Shown piece by piece: positions 37,785-52,301 of a DNA stretch of 64,000 nucleotides (within the stretch, counting starts at the first letter, position 1; the number at the start of each line of letters is the position of its first letter). A program made the translations under genes and the position numbers. The stretch spans positions 47,554,001 through 47,618,000 of the forward strand of contig NC_043007.1 in assembly GCF_006345805.1 (NCBI RefSeq). Direction: 5' to 3'. The notes under the pieces were generated by a model. It worked only from the letters and a program-made list of their open reading frames with translations. It made no database searches and was not told the DNA's origin. Source of the DNA: Octopus sinensis. Taxonomy: Eukaryota.

Positions 37785-38780
37785 TGAGTTGGCAAGGAAG
37801 TAATTTCGGTTTTTTTAGTGTGAAATAAAAGTCGGGTTTTTTTCCTACAAATAATGGACCTTAATCAATTATATATTTTCCATTTTGTTCGATGACCTTT
37901 TGCCATCCTTCTGGCAACTTCATGATTCTGCACTCATAAACTTCTGGTCCTTATCAACCAAAAACTGAAGCAGGTGAGATTTCAGGTCATCATCATTATT
38001 GAATTTTGCAAACTTTGAAATAAAAGGTTATCTAATGTTGCAAGGTCAGGGTTAAACGGTGGATGTGACACCACTTCCCAACCAAGTTCCAATAATTTTT
38101 CATGAGTTAGCGAAGACATGTGTGGTCTAGCGTTGTCATGGTAGAACACGATTCCTTTACGATTTGCCAATTCTGACAATTTTTCTTTGTTTGATCCCTT
38201 CTCTTTCCTTAGTTGTTGACAGTAAACATCTGAATTGATCGCTTGGTTCCTTAGAAGCAGCTCAAAACACACCTTTGTAATCCCACCAAATTAACAGCAT
38301 GACCTCCTTTTGATGCAATTCAGCTTTCGACGTGGTTTGTGCTGATCATTACGCTTGGACCATGATCGTTTTCGAGTTATGTTATTGTAGACAATCTATT
38401 TTTCATCACTAGTGATGATTCGTTTCAAAAAAGGTTGATATCATTGCGTTTTAGATACATATCGCAAATATTGATTCGTCGTGTTAAGTGAATCTCTTTC
38501 AATTTTTGTGAAACCCAAATATTGAGCTTCTTCACGAGTTCAAAACATTTTAAGTGATGGTCAATTGTTTGTGATACATTTAACCCCTCTGCAATCTCTT
38601 GCACAGTTACATGACAATCAGATTCAATTATGGCTTTGATTCGGTCATCATCAACTGCAGTAGGTCGACTAGAACGTTAGTCATCTTAGAGTGAAAAATC
38701 TCCAGAACGGAATTTTTTAACCACTTCTGACATGTGCGTTCTGTTAAACAATCAACATCATAAACTTCACATATCTCTGC
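37784..38780 (-). mobile_element. mariner element, decayed, 5'-truncated
   Basis: TIR TTGAGTTGGCAAGGAAGTAATTTCGG after TA; YHDNARPH...WEVVSHPPFNPDLAT; HTH remnant TERTCQKW. Confidence 0.9.
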
Positions 38781-39113
38781 ACCATGCCACACAAGCAGAA
38801 GAACCCAGTCGTGGCTGTCAGACAATTTCTGTGACCACATCACCTCTAACATCTGGCCACCCAACTCACCAGACTGCAATCCCCTTGATTGTTACATGTG
38901 GGCCGCAATTGAGTGAGGGACCAACAAAACTCCGTGTGACACCACACATGAACTTAAGGCAAGGATTATGGCAACATTCACCAACTGAAACAAAGTGACC
39001 GTCCAGAAGAGTTGCAGTTTATGTAATTTTGGTAAATATATCTGTTAAAATGAGATGTCAGTGTTATTTTCATTTTTGCGCAATTTAGATGACACTTTAT
39101 TCACCACACCCTG
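38780..39113 (+). mobile_element. maT-type Tc1/mariner 3' fragment with right TIR
   Basis: HTSRRTQSWL...WPPNSPDCNPLDCYMW; ends CACCACACCCTG followed by TA. Confidence 0.85.
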
Positions 39114-39137
39114 TATGTGTATGTGCGTGCATACGTG

Positions 39138-39184
<47 letters not shown>

Positions 39185-39239
39185 TGTGTGTGGTGTGTGT
39201 GTGTGTGTGTGGTGTGTGTGTGTGTGTGTATTCAAACCA

Positions 39240-39760
39240 TTTAGCAAATAGTCATATTCGGCGAGATAGCTTGCAGCAGGCCTTTTTCGGTATGCGGCAT
39301 TGGGAAGTCACAACAATGACGAAACATTGATATCTGTCGCTCCAACAAGGAACCTGATGTGAGTTGTCTTACATTGAGAATGTATTCTGTTACGCCTATA
39401 AAAGTAGCCCACCCACGAACTAACAGCGCGTACACTTTGTGTAAGTGTGTACGATTTTGTTTATAATTCATATTTGAATATTTTCCGTAGTATGAAACGT
39501 TGTGAGATACAAGCAGATGGTTTTCAGACACTTTAGCATATAGTCATATTCGACGATATAGTTTGCAGCAAGCCTTGTTCGGTACGCGGCAATGAAAAGT
39601 CACAACAATAACGAAACATCAATGTCTAATATGATATGAGTTGTCTCGCTTGCCTATGACTTACTTTCAGGTGTTTTATCAGGAGGTGCATTGAGGGTAT
39701 ATTCTCGTACGCCTAAAAACAGAGTTGATCTACAAACTAACACATGCACCTTGTGTACGT
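39240..39760. repeat. two diverged ~292-bp direct repeats
   Basis: TTTAGCA.ATAGTCATATTCG at 39240 and 39532. Confidence 0.8.
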
Positions 39761-39957
39761 GTTCCATTTAGTTAATACAAATATGTACACACACACATAT
39801 ATATATGGAGAGAGAGAGAAAGAGAGACAAACAGACAGACAGGCAAACAAATACATACATACATATAAAGGCACACACACACGTTTAAGGAAAGTTATAA
39901 GTCTCTCCTATTTTTTTTTCAATAGCCGTTTATCCTACTTCAATCTGTTTTGAATTG

Positions 39958-40080
39958 TTAGTTGTTGTTCTTGTTGTCGTCGTCGTCGTCGTTGTTGTTG
40001 TTGTTGTTGTCGTCGTCGTCGTTGTCCTTGTTGTTGTCATTGTTGTTCTTGTTGTTCTTGTTCTTGTTCTTGTTTAGTTC
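39958..40080. repeat. (GTT/GTC)n
   Basis: Direct inspection. Confidence 0.9.
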
Positions 40081-41239
40081 AATGACAGCTTCGAAACATT
40101 CCAGGTGTACCATCACGATTTTTATTTCAGGCATAGTCAATGGACATCCTCGATACAAACCATCAATTTCTTTATTTCAGGCATAGTGCATTTAAAACAA
40201 CGAATCCTATTTAAAAACGCTAGTCGTTTCAAGGAAACCTGTATATTACTTCTGCCATTTCGAACGATCACGCTGATGCTCCCCTAATTGGCTCAGTGAT
40301 TTCTTAGTAGTTTTCTAATGTGTTAGTTAATCTTTCTTCCATGACGGTAAAATTCTGTAGTGTGTTTTGACATTAGTATGGCCCGAGTATTTAGCCATTA
40401 ATTTGATAATATATGTTTCGCTATACTTTGCTTCTCGAAATCCTTAAGGACACTTTTATATTCTCCTTCTCGTCCCCATCCACATTTATAAAAATTCATA
40501 TTTTTCCTCTTCTCTTTGGTGATTATACTATTTTTATACAAGCAAAAATATTTTCAGACCTTCAAATATTAATTTATTCTCCCTTTTTATTAAAAGCATA
40601 GCACAGTTCTGATCACTGAATTGTATCTCTGGTTACATTTTTCTTAATTCATGGTGATACCATTTTTCTTGTTTTTTTAACAAGGCATGAGGATATTATT
40701 GATCACTCCTTGATATTAGGTTAAAACGTAACATGGTTTGCTCTCTCCCAGTTTATGTTAAAGAAGCTAACTCGATACCACGTAGAAACAGAAATAATTA
40801 ATCGCCGGAGAAAATATGTCTTTTGATCTTGATTTATCCAAGAATATCGCACAGCAGATCAACGCAAACTGCCAACACAGCAGTCTTGTTTCCATAAAAA
40901 AATTTTAGGCTATTAATGGTACCAGATACTAAAACAAAATATTTCATCACACCAGGATACAAAAAGAGGAAAACAGTCTCCGTCGCCTTTTAGCTTTCAT
41001 CAAAGATTATCTGAATTATTTTACCAATTTTCTTTCACCGAATAACCACAGTGACAATACATAGGGCTTCACAAATATCGAGAAGTAAAATCGCGAAGAA
41101 ACCATCATGTAATTCCGATACTTACATGAACGTACACGCGCGCAAGCATATGCGTAGTACATGCATAGATTTTAAGTATGTTTATACGTAGGGCTATTAA
41201 GGGCTCTTATATTTAAAAATATACACGCACACAAACACA

Positions 41240-41244
41240 CATAT

Positions 41245-41315
<71 letters not shown>

Positions 41316-41340
41316 TATATATAATGTGTATATACGTATC

Positions 41341-41430
<90 letters not shown>

Positions 41431-41439
41431 TAGAGAGAG

Positions 41440-41525
<86 letters not shown>

Positions 41526-41700
41526 TTTCTTTTATTCTTGCACTTGTTTCAGTCATCTGAATGCGGCCATGCTGGATACATATATATACATACATATACA
41601 TGTATGTATGTATGTATGTATGTATATATGTATGTATGTATGTATGTTTGTATGTATGTATGTATGTATATATGTATGTATGTATGTATATATATATATA
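41240..41700. repeat. (TA)(GATA)(TATG) compound microsatellite containing a SINE A tail
   Basis: Direct inspection. Confidence 0.9.
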
Positions 41701-43330
41701 GTGAAGAGAACAATCCCTCATGGTCTCCTTCGATGTTATAAACCTATACTCCAACATTCCATTCCACATGATTATGGAATGGAAGCGATTCGATTCTGGC
41801 TAGAACTACATCCAGAACGAATAAACAAAACCTTCATCATTGAATCAATTAAATTCATTCTCCAGAATAATCATTTCATTTTTGACACCAACTGCTACCG
41901 CCAAATATCGGGAATTGCGATGGGCACGAGACCAGCACCTAACATTGCCAACCTAACAATGGGATTCTTGAAGAAAAAAATATATCAGAATTCATTGCGA
42001 AAATTTGGAGACCCTCTCGGCCAATACATTAAAGAGAATTGGAAGAGATACCTGGATGACTGTTTCATGCTCTGGAATAACAACTTCACAAAATCCTAGA
42101 ATTTAAAACACTTCTGAACAACATCCACACAAGCATTCAATTCACAATGGAATACAACTAGGAAGCACTTCCATTTCTAGACATTCTATTTAAGAAAACA
42201 AACAACAAAATCGAAACAGACATATTTTATAAAACAAGAGATGCAAAACAAAACTTTCTCTTCAGCTCTTGCCATCCTAGACACACAAAAACAAACATCC
42301 CCTTCAACCTTGCAAAAAGAATCTGCACTATTGTCTCAGAGAAAAGATACTAGATATTTGAGTCTACTAGAACTGAAAAATGTCCTCCTGGATAGACACT
42401 ACCCAATCCAACTCATTAATGAAGGAATAAAACTTGCCAAATCTATCAACACCGACACATTAAGAAAAACCAAAGACATTAACAAACCTCTCCTTTGAAA
42501 CACTACCCTACATTTCTACATACAACCCCTGAAACAAAGAAGCATTCAGCACAATCATACAAAACCTACCAATACTACACAAGGACCCAAAACTAAAAAG
42601 AATTTTACATGACATTAAAATGTCAAAAACAAACTAAAATGTCAAAAACAAACTAAGTCATTAAAGAAACTACTAACTAATGCAAAATTATTCCCCTCTA
42701 CAACAAGACCCAAAGTAAAAAAAATGTAATCGCCCCAACTGTGGTACATGCCCCAACCTTTTGGAAGGGTCAGAATACTATTTTGAACAAGGGCAACACT
42801 TTAAAATTAAATCAAATTTCACTTGTGCATCAGAAAATCTGATCTACGTAATTAGATGCTCGGGTTGCCAGAAAGACTATATCGGTAGCACAGAGAATTC
42901 TATCTCTCAACGTTGTGCGGCGCATCTTCAAGAGATAGCCTCACCACGATACCGCCAAATTTATCTCAGTGAATATTTCGACGTGTGTACGAAACAAATA
43001 CAACCTAAATTCACTATTTTCCCTCTATATAAATTTGCTGAATGAACTTATACACAAACCCGACTCAATAAAGAGACATATTTCCTCCAAAAATACAGAC
43101 CTGAACTATGAAGGAATAAAACACCAATTCATTTTAATTGTATTACTAATTGTCACTTAATTACTTGACTCCTAGACACCCATTCGTATTCAAAGCTTAG
43201 CCATGAGAGGTCCGACATGACTCTTATGAAGAAAGTATTCATATCTTATCAATTGCTTTGTCGTTCATTTTCTACTGGACTGATTTATTTTATTCAATTA
43301 TGGAATTTCAACGTATACAAAAAAGTTATA
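41700..43330 (+). mobile_element. Penelope-like element, 5'-truncated: RT plus GIY-YIG endonuclease, decayed
   Basis: IPHDYGMEAI...QISGIAMGTRPAPNIANLTMG...WKRYLDDCF; TCASENLIYVIRCSGCQKDYIGST. Confidence 0.92.
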
Positions 43331-43386
43331 CATGTATGCCAAATACAATTTTTAGGTATAAATTACTGTTCATACTTATACGTATG

Positions 43387-43489
<103 letters not shown>

Positions 43490-43810
43490 CATAAAACTAA
43501 AGAAAAAGGAAAAAGAAAAGGATTAAGTGAAAATTAGAATTAGATCCCTTTGACCGTAAAGTCATGATAAAGAATAGTGGATAGGGACCTAGAGTCATCA
43601 GTACAATTGCTCCATCGGGAGAGGGTAGGACTTTACAATTCGCCAACAGGAACTTATCCATATATTTACATCCGCTAAAACTTTCAGCTCTGGAATTAAG
43701 CAGCATGGTGGAGTCCTTAAATCTGAAAAGGATCTGTGATCTTTCAGCTCGCATAGCTTAGATTTTTTGATCCGTTGACATATGGCATGGACTTTCAACT
43801 ATTTTGCACT

Positions 43811-43862
<52 letters not shown>

Positions 43863-43869
43863 TATATAA

Positions 43870-43914
<45 letters not shown>

Positions 43915-43951
43915 TGTATTTATGTAATATATAATGCATGTAGATAGATAA

Positions 43952-44060
<109 letters not shown>

Positions 44061-46227
44061 GTTTACAGAAAACAAAAGATGAAGACAGTTAAGGGAAACA
44101 ACAAGCAGGTGTATTAGTTTGACGCTCAGGAAGAATGGAAAAATTTTTGATGTCTCTAGCCTACAGTCTTCGGCAGAAAGGTTTAAGAGGGTAAAAAATA
44201 GAAAGAGAACGAAAAAACAAAGGAAAGAGAAAAAATGTGTAGAGATTGACGGTTTCAGTTATTGGTAGTATCAACGAAAATAATATTCCATCCAATGAGA
44301 GATAAATATCGTTTAAAAAACACAGGATTTGGGTATGCACACTCAAGCGCATGCACACGCACACACATTTTTATAGTCCCAGATGTATTCATTTGTAGCG
44401 TATGAATTAGAGATGTTCATTCTCACCCCAAGATCCCACGTTCAGATGTGTTAATATGTATTCTGTTGCTTCAATGATAATAGGTATGAAGCTGAAAGTA
44501 TATCTTCGGTACTGGATTTGCAAACTACTTAGCAATGTTCCATAGATGTTCCATTTTTCTTTTATTTTTCTAACCACGTTGGTGGTTAGAATATATTTTT
44601 CCCTTTGATGTCGCACACAATATCTGGCCAGTTTTGATTTAACTTGGTGGCTGTTTCAATTCTTAAGTTTCACTATATGTATGCATGTATGTATTTATGC
44701 ATGTATGTATGTATTTATGCATGTATGTACGTATGAATGTATGTATTTAAATAAGTTTGTATGTGCGCATGTATGTTTTCATGTACGTATGTATGTATGT
44801 GTGTATGTACGTGTGTGTATGTATGTATGCAGATATTACTATTGACTATCGCAAATAGATCCGCCTCTCTTCAAAGAGACAATTCATATTAGAAAGATAA
44901 TAAATAGGCATGCATACATATATATACCAACATATTTGTGCGCGGGCGTGCCTAAAAAATAATGGGAGTATGCTGTTCAGCTTAGTGGCTGGAAATTAGC
45001 TAGTATTAAATAAAGTACTTACAATTTCATTTAACGATTTTTGATTATTCAATAGAGTCAATCTCATCTATTTAACTGCATTCAAATAAGTTAACATTTC
45101 TCTACGACTGCTACGACAGCTAGTGTTACATCGGAGAAACCATTATTCAGTTATATTTTGGTTAGATTCAATTTTTCATTTCATTGTCTAGTGTGTTTAG
45201 ATAATGAAATTATGGACGGCACCATGATTGTGTTATATGAAACATATAAATTATACCTTGGTAGCACTGCTTGCAGACTGGCGGAATTATCATTGTTAAA
45301 GTGTTTTCTCTTGTAAGTTGTGTTGATGCAATCAAGCCAGACACGTACTTGCTTGTAGAGCTGGTTTAGCATTAGTGTTAGAATGTTTGGTTTGTTCGAG
45401 TATTAAGTTGAGATGATGGGATCGAGACACGTTCCATGTTCCTAGGTTTAATGTTAACGTTTTACAATGAGCCAATACAGGAGACTTTATACCAGTAATT
45501 CACAGCAGTTTTTATAATCCATAATCCTAGGAAATATTTGATTAATTTTCGCACCTTCTACAAATGTGACATCGCTTTTGAAGATGAAAATATCATTTTC
45601 CGAATAACTAATTCATTTTTACTTTTTATTGAACCACTCGCAATAGAATGGATAAATAGACTTCTTGGTGTACTAAATTGTTTATAATAGTTAGTTAATA
45701 ATGCTATTCTGAAAACCAATTTTAGTAGAGTTAGTACTTTTCCTTTTTGCTTCAACTTTTTTGTGATATCTCGCTCCCCAAGATATGCTCGACATCTAGA
45801 TTAAGAACTTTTGGTCTACGCAGTTGCTTGTCTTGATAGAAATCGCGGCCAAATCTTCTCCAAAGGTCATTTTAATGTCTATATAATGTTAGGCTCAGTA
45901 AAATGGTTTACTGTGCCAAACATAGATTATGAATTTTCAACAGTAAATATATACAATTCAAGTTATAAAAAAAAAGAGATTACAAGTGCAGCGAACACTT
46001 TGTGACCGATGAAGTCCAACGAAAACGATCAAAAATTCAAATCTCACTGATGGGATGTCAAACGCAATCTGATTACAGCAACAAACACCTACACAAGTCA
46101 TTTCATCCATAAGGTGAGACTGCAAATGCCTTGAAACATTTAAAACAATCTACAAGGAACCCGTAGGAAACAAGGAAAATAACTTTGAAAAGATAAGACT
46201 GGAACGCAGTCGTATTTCAATGTATGG

Positions 46228-46286
<59 letters not shown>

Positions 46287-46688
46287 TGTGTGTGTGTGTT
46301 TGTGTGTGTTATCACGAGGGGAAGACTGATTTCGTGTTGTCACGTTACAAATGACACCATGCATTATATGTGTATGTGTATGTATGTATGTATGTATGCA
46401 ACAATAAGGCAATATCAGCGCAAGGATTTGCAACTATTTTCCACAAAGAGAGTAAGACGGGTGCATAAACGAAAATAAAAAAACGACACCCAGATTTTTG
46501 TAATGGTGGAAGATGCAGCTGATTTAAACAATGTGGTTATATTTACAAATCATGATACAACGTCCTGACTTTATGACATTGTCTGATCAAACAGTTCTCG
46601 TTGATTGTCTATGGTATTCTAAAATGACATACGAAGAGAAAACCAACAGTTTACATACATGAATCTATTTATATGATGTATGTATGTA

Positions 46689-47567
46689 CGAGGGAGAATT
46701 AAAAAGTAGTCGAAAACGTTGTCTGTGGGACAAACCCGTGGTAGTTCAGGCTTTCCCCGCAAGAAGCCACTTGATGTGACCCTCGGGTATCAGTCTGCCG
46801 ACCGGCATCGTCATGTTATGTCGTACATGCACGTAGTTTGTCTTTGTTTTGCAGAGCTTCTCTCCCGTTCATCGATTTTTGCGATGGCTGAAACGAAGGA
46901 ACAGCATGCTTCTGTGAAATTGTTTTCTGTCGAGCAAAACGGCGGCCGAAACAGCTATCACTCTTCAAACAGCTTACACGGATGCTGCCATGAGCAAAAC
47001 ACAAGTTTACTTGTGGTTTCCACACTTTAGGAATGGTCACTCTTTACTTGAAGACCAACCTCGTTCAGAACGATCGTCGATCTCCCAAATGAATGAAAGC
47101 ATAATGAAAATTCATGAACTGATCTTAGAGGACAGTCGTCGAACGATTGACAAACTTGGTGTGTCCTGGAGCTCCTGCCAACGAATTTTGAGCGTGGAAT
47201 TACAAATGAAAAGAGTTGCAGCAAAATTAATGCCTTGCTTGCTCAGCGAAGATCAAAAGCAGTTACAACTGAATGCGTGTCGTGAAGTGAAAGAACAGTT
47301 GGAATTTGATCCGAACCCCTTTTCGAAGATAATCACTGGTGATGAAAGCTGGTGGTACGGAATTTGTAGATGTGGAAGAGGTGAGGATAAAAACGATGGC
47401 GACGTTAAAATGTATCACTTCGCAAGAGTTCCAGCACAGCTTCGAATAATGGAAAACACGCCTTGACCGATGCATTGCTTCAGACGAAGAGATAAAATTG
47501 TAAACATTTAAAACTAAGTGAATAAAATAATATTGCAAAATTCCGGTTTCTTTTGGGTACCCGTTCG
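46689..47567 (+). mobile_element. internally deleted mariner inserted at TA in (TATG)n
   Basis: Diverged TIRs CGAGGGAGAATTAAAAAGTAGTCG / CCGGTTTCTTTTGGGTACCCGTTCG; HTH, IITGDESW, then a jump to the C-terminal WKTRLDRCIAS. Confidence 0.9.
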
Positions 47568-47610
47568 TATGTGTGTATGCATGCATGCATGTATGTATGT
47601 ATGTATGTAG

Positions 47611-47641
<31 letters not shown>

Positions 47642-47719
47642 CTAAAAGAAGGTACTTTGGTGAGGCAATATGGACTGGGCATAGGAAAAAAGAGGTTTTG
47701 AAATATAGAGATGGTAGAT

Positions 47720-47950
47720 AATTTTCTTTACTACCCACAAGGGGCTAAACACGGAGAGGACAAACAAGGACAGACAAACGGATTAAGTCGATTATGTCGA
47801 CCCCAGTGCATAACTGGTATTTATTTAATCGACCCCGAAAGGATGAAAGGCAAAGTCGACCTCGGCGGAATTTGGACTCAGAACGTAACGGCAGACGAAA
47901 TACTGCTAGGCATTTCGCCCGGTGTGCTATCGTGTCTGCAAGCTCGCCTC
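47720..47950 (-). mobile_element. SINE family D, full length
   Basis: tRNA-like head at 47950, Meta-like core, tail CCCCTTGTGGGTAG. Confidence 0.85.
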
Positions 47951-48532
47951 CTTGGAAGCAGAAAAATATTTCAGCATAGATATGGTAGAGGTATGTGAGT
48001 GAAAAACTAATGCTGAGAATAAAAATCAAGTCCTCGGTAAGAAGTAAAACAAAATGGATGTTGCATGCTTATAGTGGTTGCACCTGGCATCTAGTTTATT
48101 CTGGTGTCTTGCCGTTGATTTGCCTGGTTACGTTAGCGCAATACCCAGTTTAATATACGAGATAACGTGTGTAGTCGTGTTTGTCTACTTAAGGCAGGCA
48201 TTAGAAATCTTTAGAGAAGCCACACACTTTAGAAAGTTGTTAACTTTACAACGAGCAAGGAAAAGAAAGTGTGTCAGGAGGCAAACTGAAACGTCATACG
48301 GAGGTTCACTAAGACAATATTCTAACAATAACAGCAAGGCGTACTTATCGCTGTCACATCTATGCACAGGTGTTTACGTTCCTAGCCAGAACAGTGAACG
48401 TCTAAGCTAACACCCAAGTGATAGCATTTCCTGAAATTGAGTCGCAGCCATCACACACAGACACACAAGTGTGTGTGTGTGTGTGTGTGTCTGTGTCTGT
48501 GTCTGTGTCTGTGTGTGTGTGTGTGTGTGAAT

Positions 48533-49356
48533 GAGTGTGTGTGTGTGTGTTTGTGTGTGTTATCACGAGGGGAGGACTGATTTCGTGTTGTCACGTTACA
48601 AATGACACCATGCATTATATGTGTATGTGTATGTATGTATGTATGTATGCAACAATAAGGCAATATCAGCGCAAGGATTTGCAACTATTTTCCACAAAGA
48701 GAGTAAGACGGGTGCATAAACGAAAATAAAAAAACGATACCCAGATATTTTTGTATGGCGCTAATGGTGGAAGATGCAGCTGATTTAAACAATGTGGTTA
48801 TATTTACAAATCGTGATACATCGTCCTGACTTTATGACATTGTCTGATCAAACAGTTCCGGTTGATTGTCTATGGTATTCTAAAATGACATACGAAGAGA
48901 AAACCAACAGTTTACATACATGAATCTATTTATATGATGTATGTATGTACGAGGGAGAATTAAAAAGTAGTCGAAAACGTTGTCTGTGGGACAAACCCGT
49001 GGTAGTTCAGGCTTTCCCCGCAAGAAACCACTTGATGTGACCCTCGGGCATCAGTCTGCCGACCGGCATCGTCATGTTATGTCGTACATGCACGTGGTTT
49101 GTCTTTGTTTTGCAGAGCTTCTCTCCCGTCCATCGATTTTTGCGATGACTGAAACGAAGGAACAGCATGCTTCTGTGAAATTGTTTTCTGTCGGGCAAAA
49201 CGGCGGCCGAAACAGCTATCACTCTTCAAACAGCTTACAAGGATGCTGCCATGAGCAAAACACAAGTTTACTTGTGGTTTCCACACTTTAGGAATGGTCA
49301 CTCTTTGCTTGAAGACCAACCTCGTTCAGAACGATTGTCGATCTCCCAAATGAATG
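48533..49356 (+). repeat. recent local duplication of 46284-47095, including the mariner 5' half
   Basis: Near-identical by eye, with one ~11-bp indel near 48750. Confidence 0.95.
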
Positions 49357-49384
49357 TGTGTGTTTATTTCGCTTAGGCATTATA

Positions 49385-49550
49385 GATCTTTATAGAGATA
49401 TTCTGATAGAAAAGTGTTGTTGACAGTGATGTCAAAGTTTCGGCCAACTAAACTACCGTCGGAATTAGCCAGCCGAAGCTTCGAAGTTACTGTCAACAAC
49501 ATTCTTGTATAAGAATAATAAATTTGTTCTCTACAAAAGTATAGAGTAAC
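49385..49550. repeat. imperfect hairpin element
   Basis: GTTGTTGACAGT...TTCGGC / GCCGAA...ACTGTCAACAAC. Confidence 0.6.
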
Positions 49551-52259
49551 CCATCAGATTAATGGAAAATTGTTTTTATTATAACTGAACATAAACACAA
49601 GCATTAATATATGGAGAGATAGACAGTCATACATACATACATACATACATACATACATACATACATACATACATACATACATACATACATACATGCATAC
49701 ATACGTACGTACGTACGTACATGCATACATCATTTAAATAGATCCATGTACTTAAGCTGTTCTTGGTTTTCTCTTCATGTTATAGAACACTATAGATAAG
49801 CTTTCATTGAATCATGTCAAGTTTATTATTGGTATGACTGCAAAAGAAAACATACTGACATATAGACGTTCTGTTTGAGAATTATAATTTTTTTTACGGG
49901 AGGTAAGTTAAATGTCTTGTTAAAATAAGTATAAATAGTCGAGATTGTAAAATTATACGTGTCAACGGGACAGTTAAGAGAAGTGCATTCAAGAATTATC
50001 CGGAGAACTGTTTAAGCATTCTCTATCCTCTATGAAGGTAATTCTTAGATTCAAACAAAAGGAAAATCAATCTCAATAAATTATAATGTACAAAACTACC
50101 TAACGAACGACACAATTCAATCATGTTAATTGGTGATGTCTTAGGTTAACCACAAAGTGTTATTTGCACTCCGAAACTTAAATTCCTGAGAAAGAAAGAA
50201 GGTAAGAAAATAACAATGTAAGAAAATGAGTAAGTGGATTTCACAGAAAATTTCGTTAAGTTCCAGAAAGTGTTTGGAAGTGACTTTCTATTCACAAACC
50301 AATGTATGATAATCATGAACTGTCTGCAATGAAAACAGAAAGGATAGGCGAAAATGAAAATGATATCAGGTGCTTCTCGCTTGGGACTTTTTAAGACAAA
50401 AAAGCTTCAGGGAGAACACAAAATAAAGGAGTTTATGATATTAGTTTAACACTGAAGAGAAGATTAAGAAATAAAATGAGTTCTACTTTTCGATCAATGA
50501 TCGTTGTTCAAAGAAAAGGAGAAAAGAAAACAGAACAGAGACGAGAGAAAGAAAAAAAGTAGGTTTGATTTAATGTTGCGTGGTGTGAAGTGAATGACAA
50601 ACGAAAAAGGGTGGAAGAGAGAATCAAAGAGACAATAGGTGAGTGAATAGTTCTTTAACAGTAAGAAGCGTATTTATGTGCTGGTAAGTGTAGGTATGCC
50701 ATCTAGAATGTGTTCGTTATTTATCTGTGTGTATAGGTGAATGTGTGTGCATAGAAAGATTGGATAGGTATGTGTATACATGTGTAAGATGTGTGTATGC
50801 ATGTCTGTGTAATGTGCTAGGTATGTAAGCTTATGGCATATATGTAGGTGTTTGTGTGTGGATAGCTGTTAGTGGTGTATGCATGCACGTTGTGATATGT
50901 GTTTGCTTTTAGGTGTAGTGTACATAAAACTGTGAGTGTATTGTGCATGTCGTTCGTGTATGATTAGCATGCCTCTGTGTATCTGATGTGTGTGTGAGTG
51001 TGTGGTGTATATTGACGTATATAATTATGTAGGTTGGGATGTCTGTGCGTGAACGTATTTTACTAGAAGACAAGTTAACTGTTTGGCCCACGCAGTTGTG
51101 TTTTGTCGAAGCCGAAACTATGGTGTTTCAGTTTGGGAAAATATTATCCTGCAAAGGATAATATTATTTGCTTTATTAGCAACATTAATTCAAAATAGTA
51201 GAGTGTACCTCTATTGTTTTCATTGAACACATGTATCTATAAATTTAGTATGCACTAAAGAGGTAGCTTTTGCATGTTTAATCGACTTGCTAGCAATAGC
51301 AGCCAAATCTCTTTCAAACTCTACCTTCTTAAGAAAGAAAAAAAGAAGGAAAACATTAGATGGCGTACTTCTTGATATATCATACCTGAATATAAGATGG
51401 GATCACCACAGCCGAAATACTTTTGATAAACGAATGTTTAATGAAGTATGAATAGCAACTAACAACATTAGCAACAACTAAATACTGATTGAGCTATAAA
51501 CAGTATATAGAAGTAATTCGCTCTTGATACTATGTTACATTAATCCTGGTACAGCTACTAACTTCAGTTCAGCAGTAAAGAGACTATATAACGTATAAGG
51601 TCTCCTTTTAAAATTCTCATATAACCATGTGCGTTTTAATGATGCGTTTTACAAAATGCTGTGTCCTGCCTCTCTTCTCTCTAACTTTCGAATCTTTACG
51701 CCTTTTCACTCTTCTACTTTTTATCTCCCGCTTCTCTACTCACTGAATCCAACTTCCCTACTATCTGGCTCCTTGTGGGTGGCCTTTATCCAGATTGCTC
51801 GAATTATTTTAGGGAAAATATATGTAGTTTTCTTTACACCCCATAAATTATAAAGTTAATTATATTTGGAGGGATCTGTTTTTAGATCTACACCTACTTT
51901 AAATGGATAATGCATAAATTTATAAATTAATTCAATGTGAGTCTATGCTATAGAATAAATGTATAGATTTTAGTTAACACTATAAGTAATAGAGTAATAG
52001 ATAAATGTAAGAACATTGCCTTTAGATAAGATGTGTGCGTGCGCGCGTGTTTGTGTAATGATGCAAAATTGTGAGGATTTTTTACTGAAAGCTGATAAGC
52101 ATCCACGTCTTTTGTGTGTTTTTTCTTGTTTGTCGTCTTTCCGTGCAATGTTTTACTCTTTTATGTGTGTGTGTATACATACATACATATATATGTCTGC
52201 GTATATGTGTGTATATACATACATATACGTACGTATATATATCTTTATATATACATATA

Positions 52260-52301
<42 letters not shown>

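Noticed and set aside
39240-39760. CRISPR-like or satellite interpretation of the direct repeats
   Set aside because: Only two long diverged units in a eukaryotic context; no repeat-spacer array anywhere in the window.
45180-46010. Possible Penelope remnants (LVIRK, VYAVAC motifs)
   Set aside because: Motifs are too short and lie on inconsistent strands.
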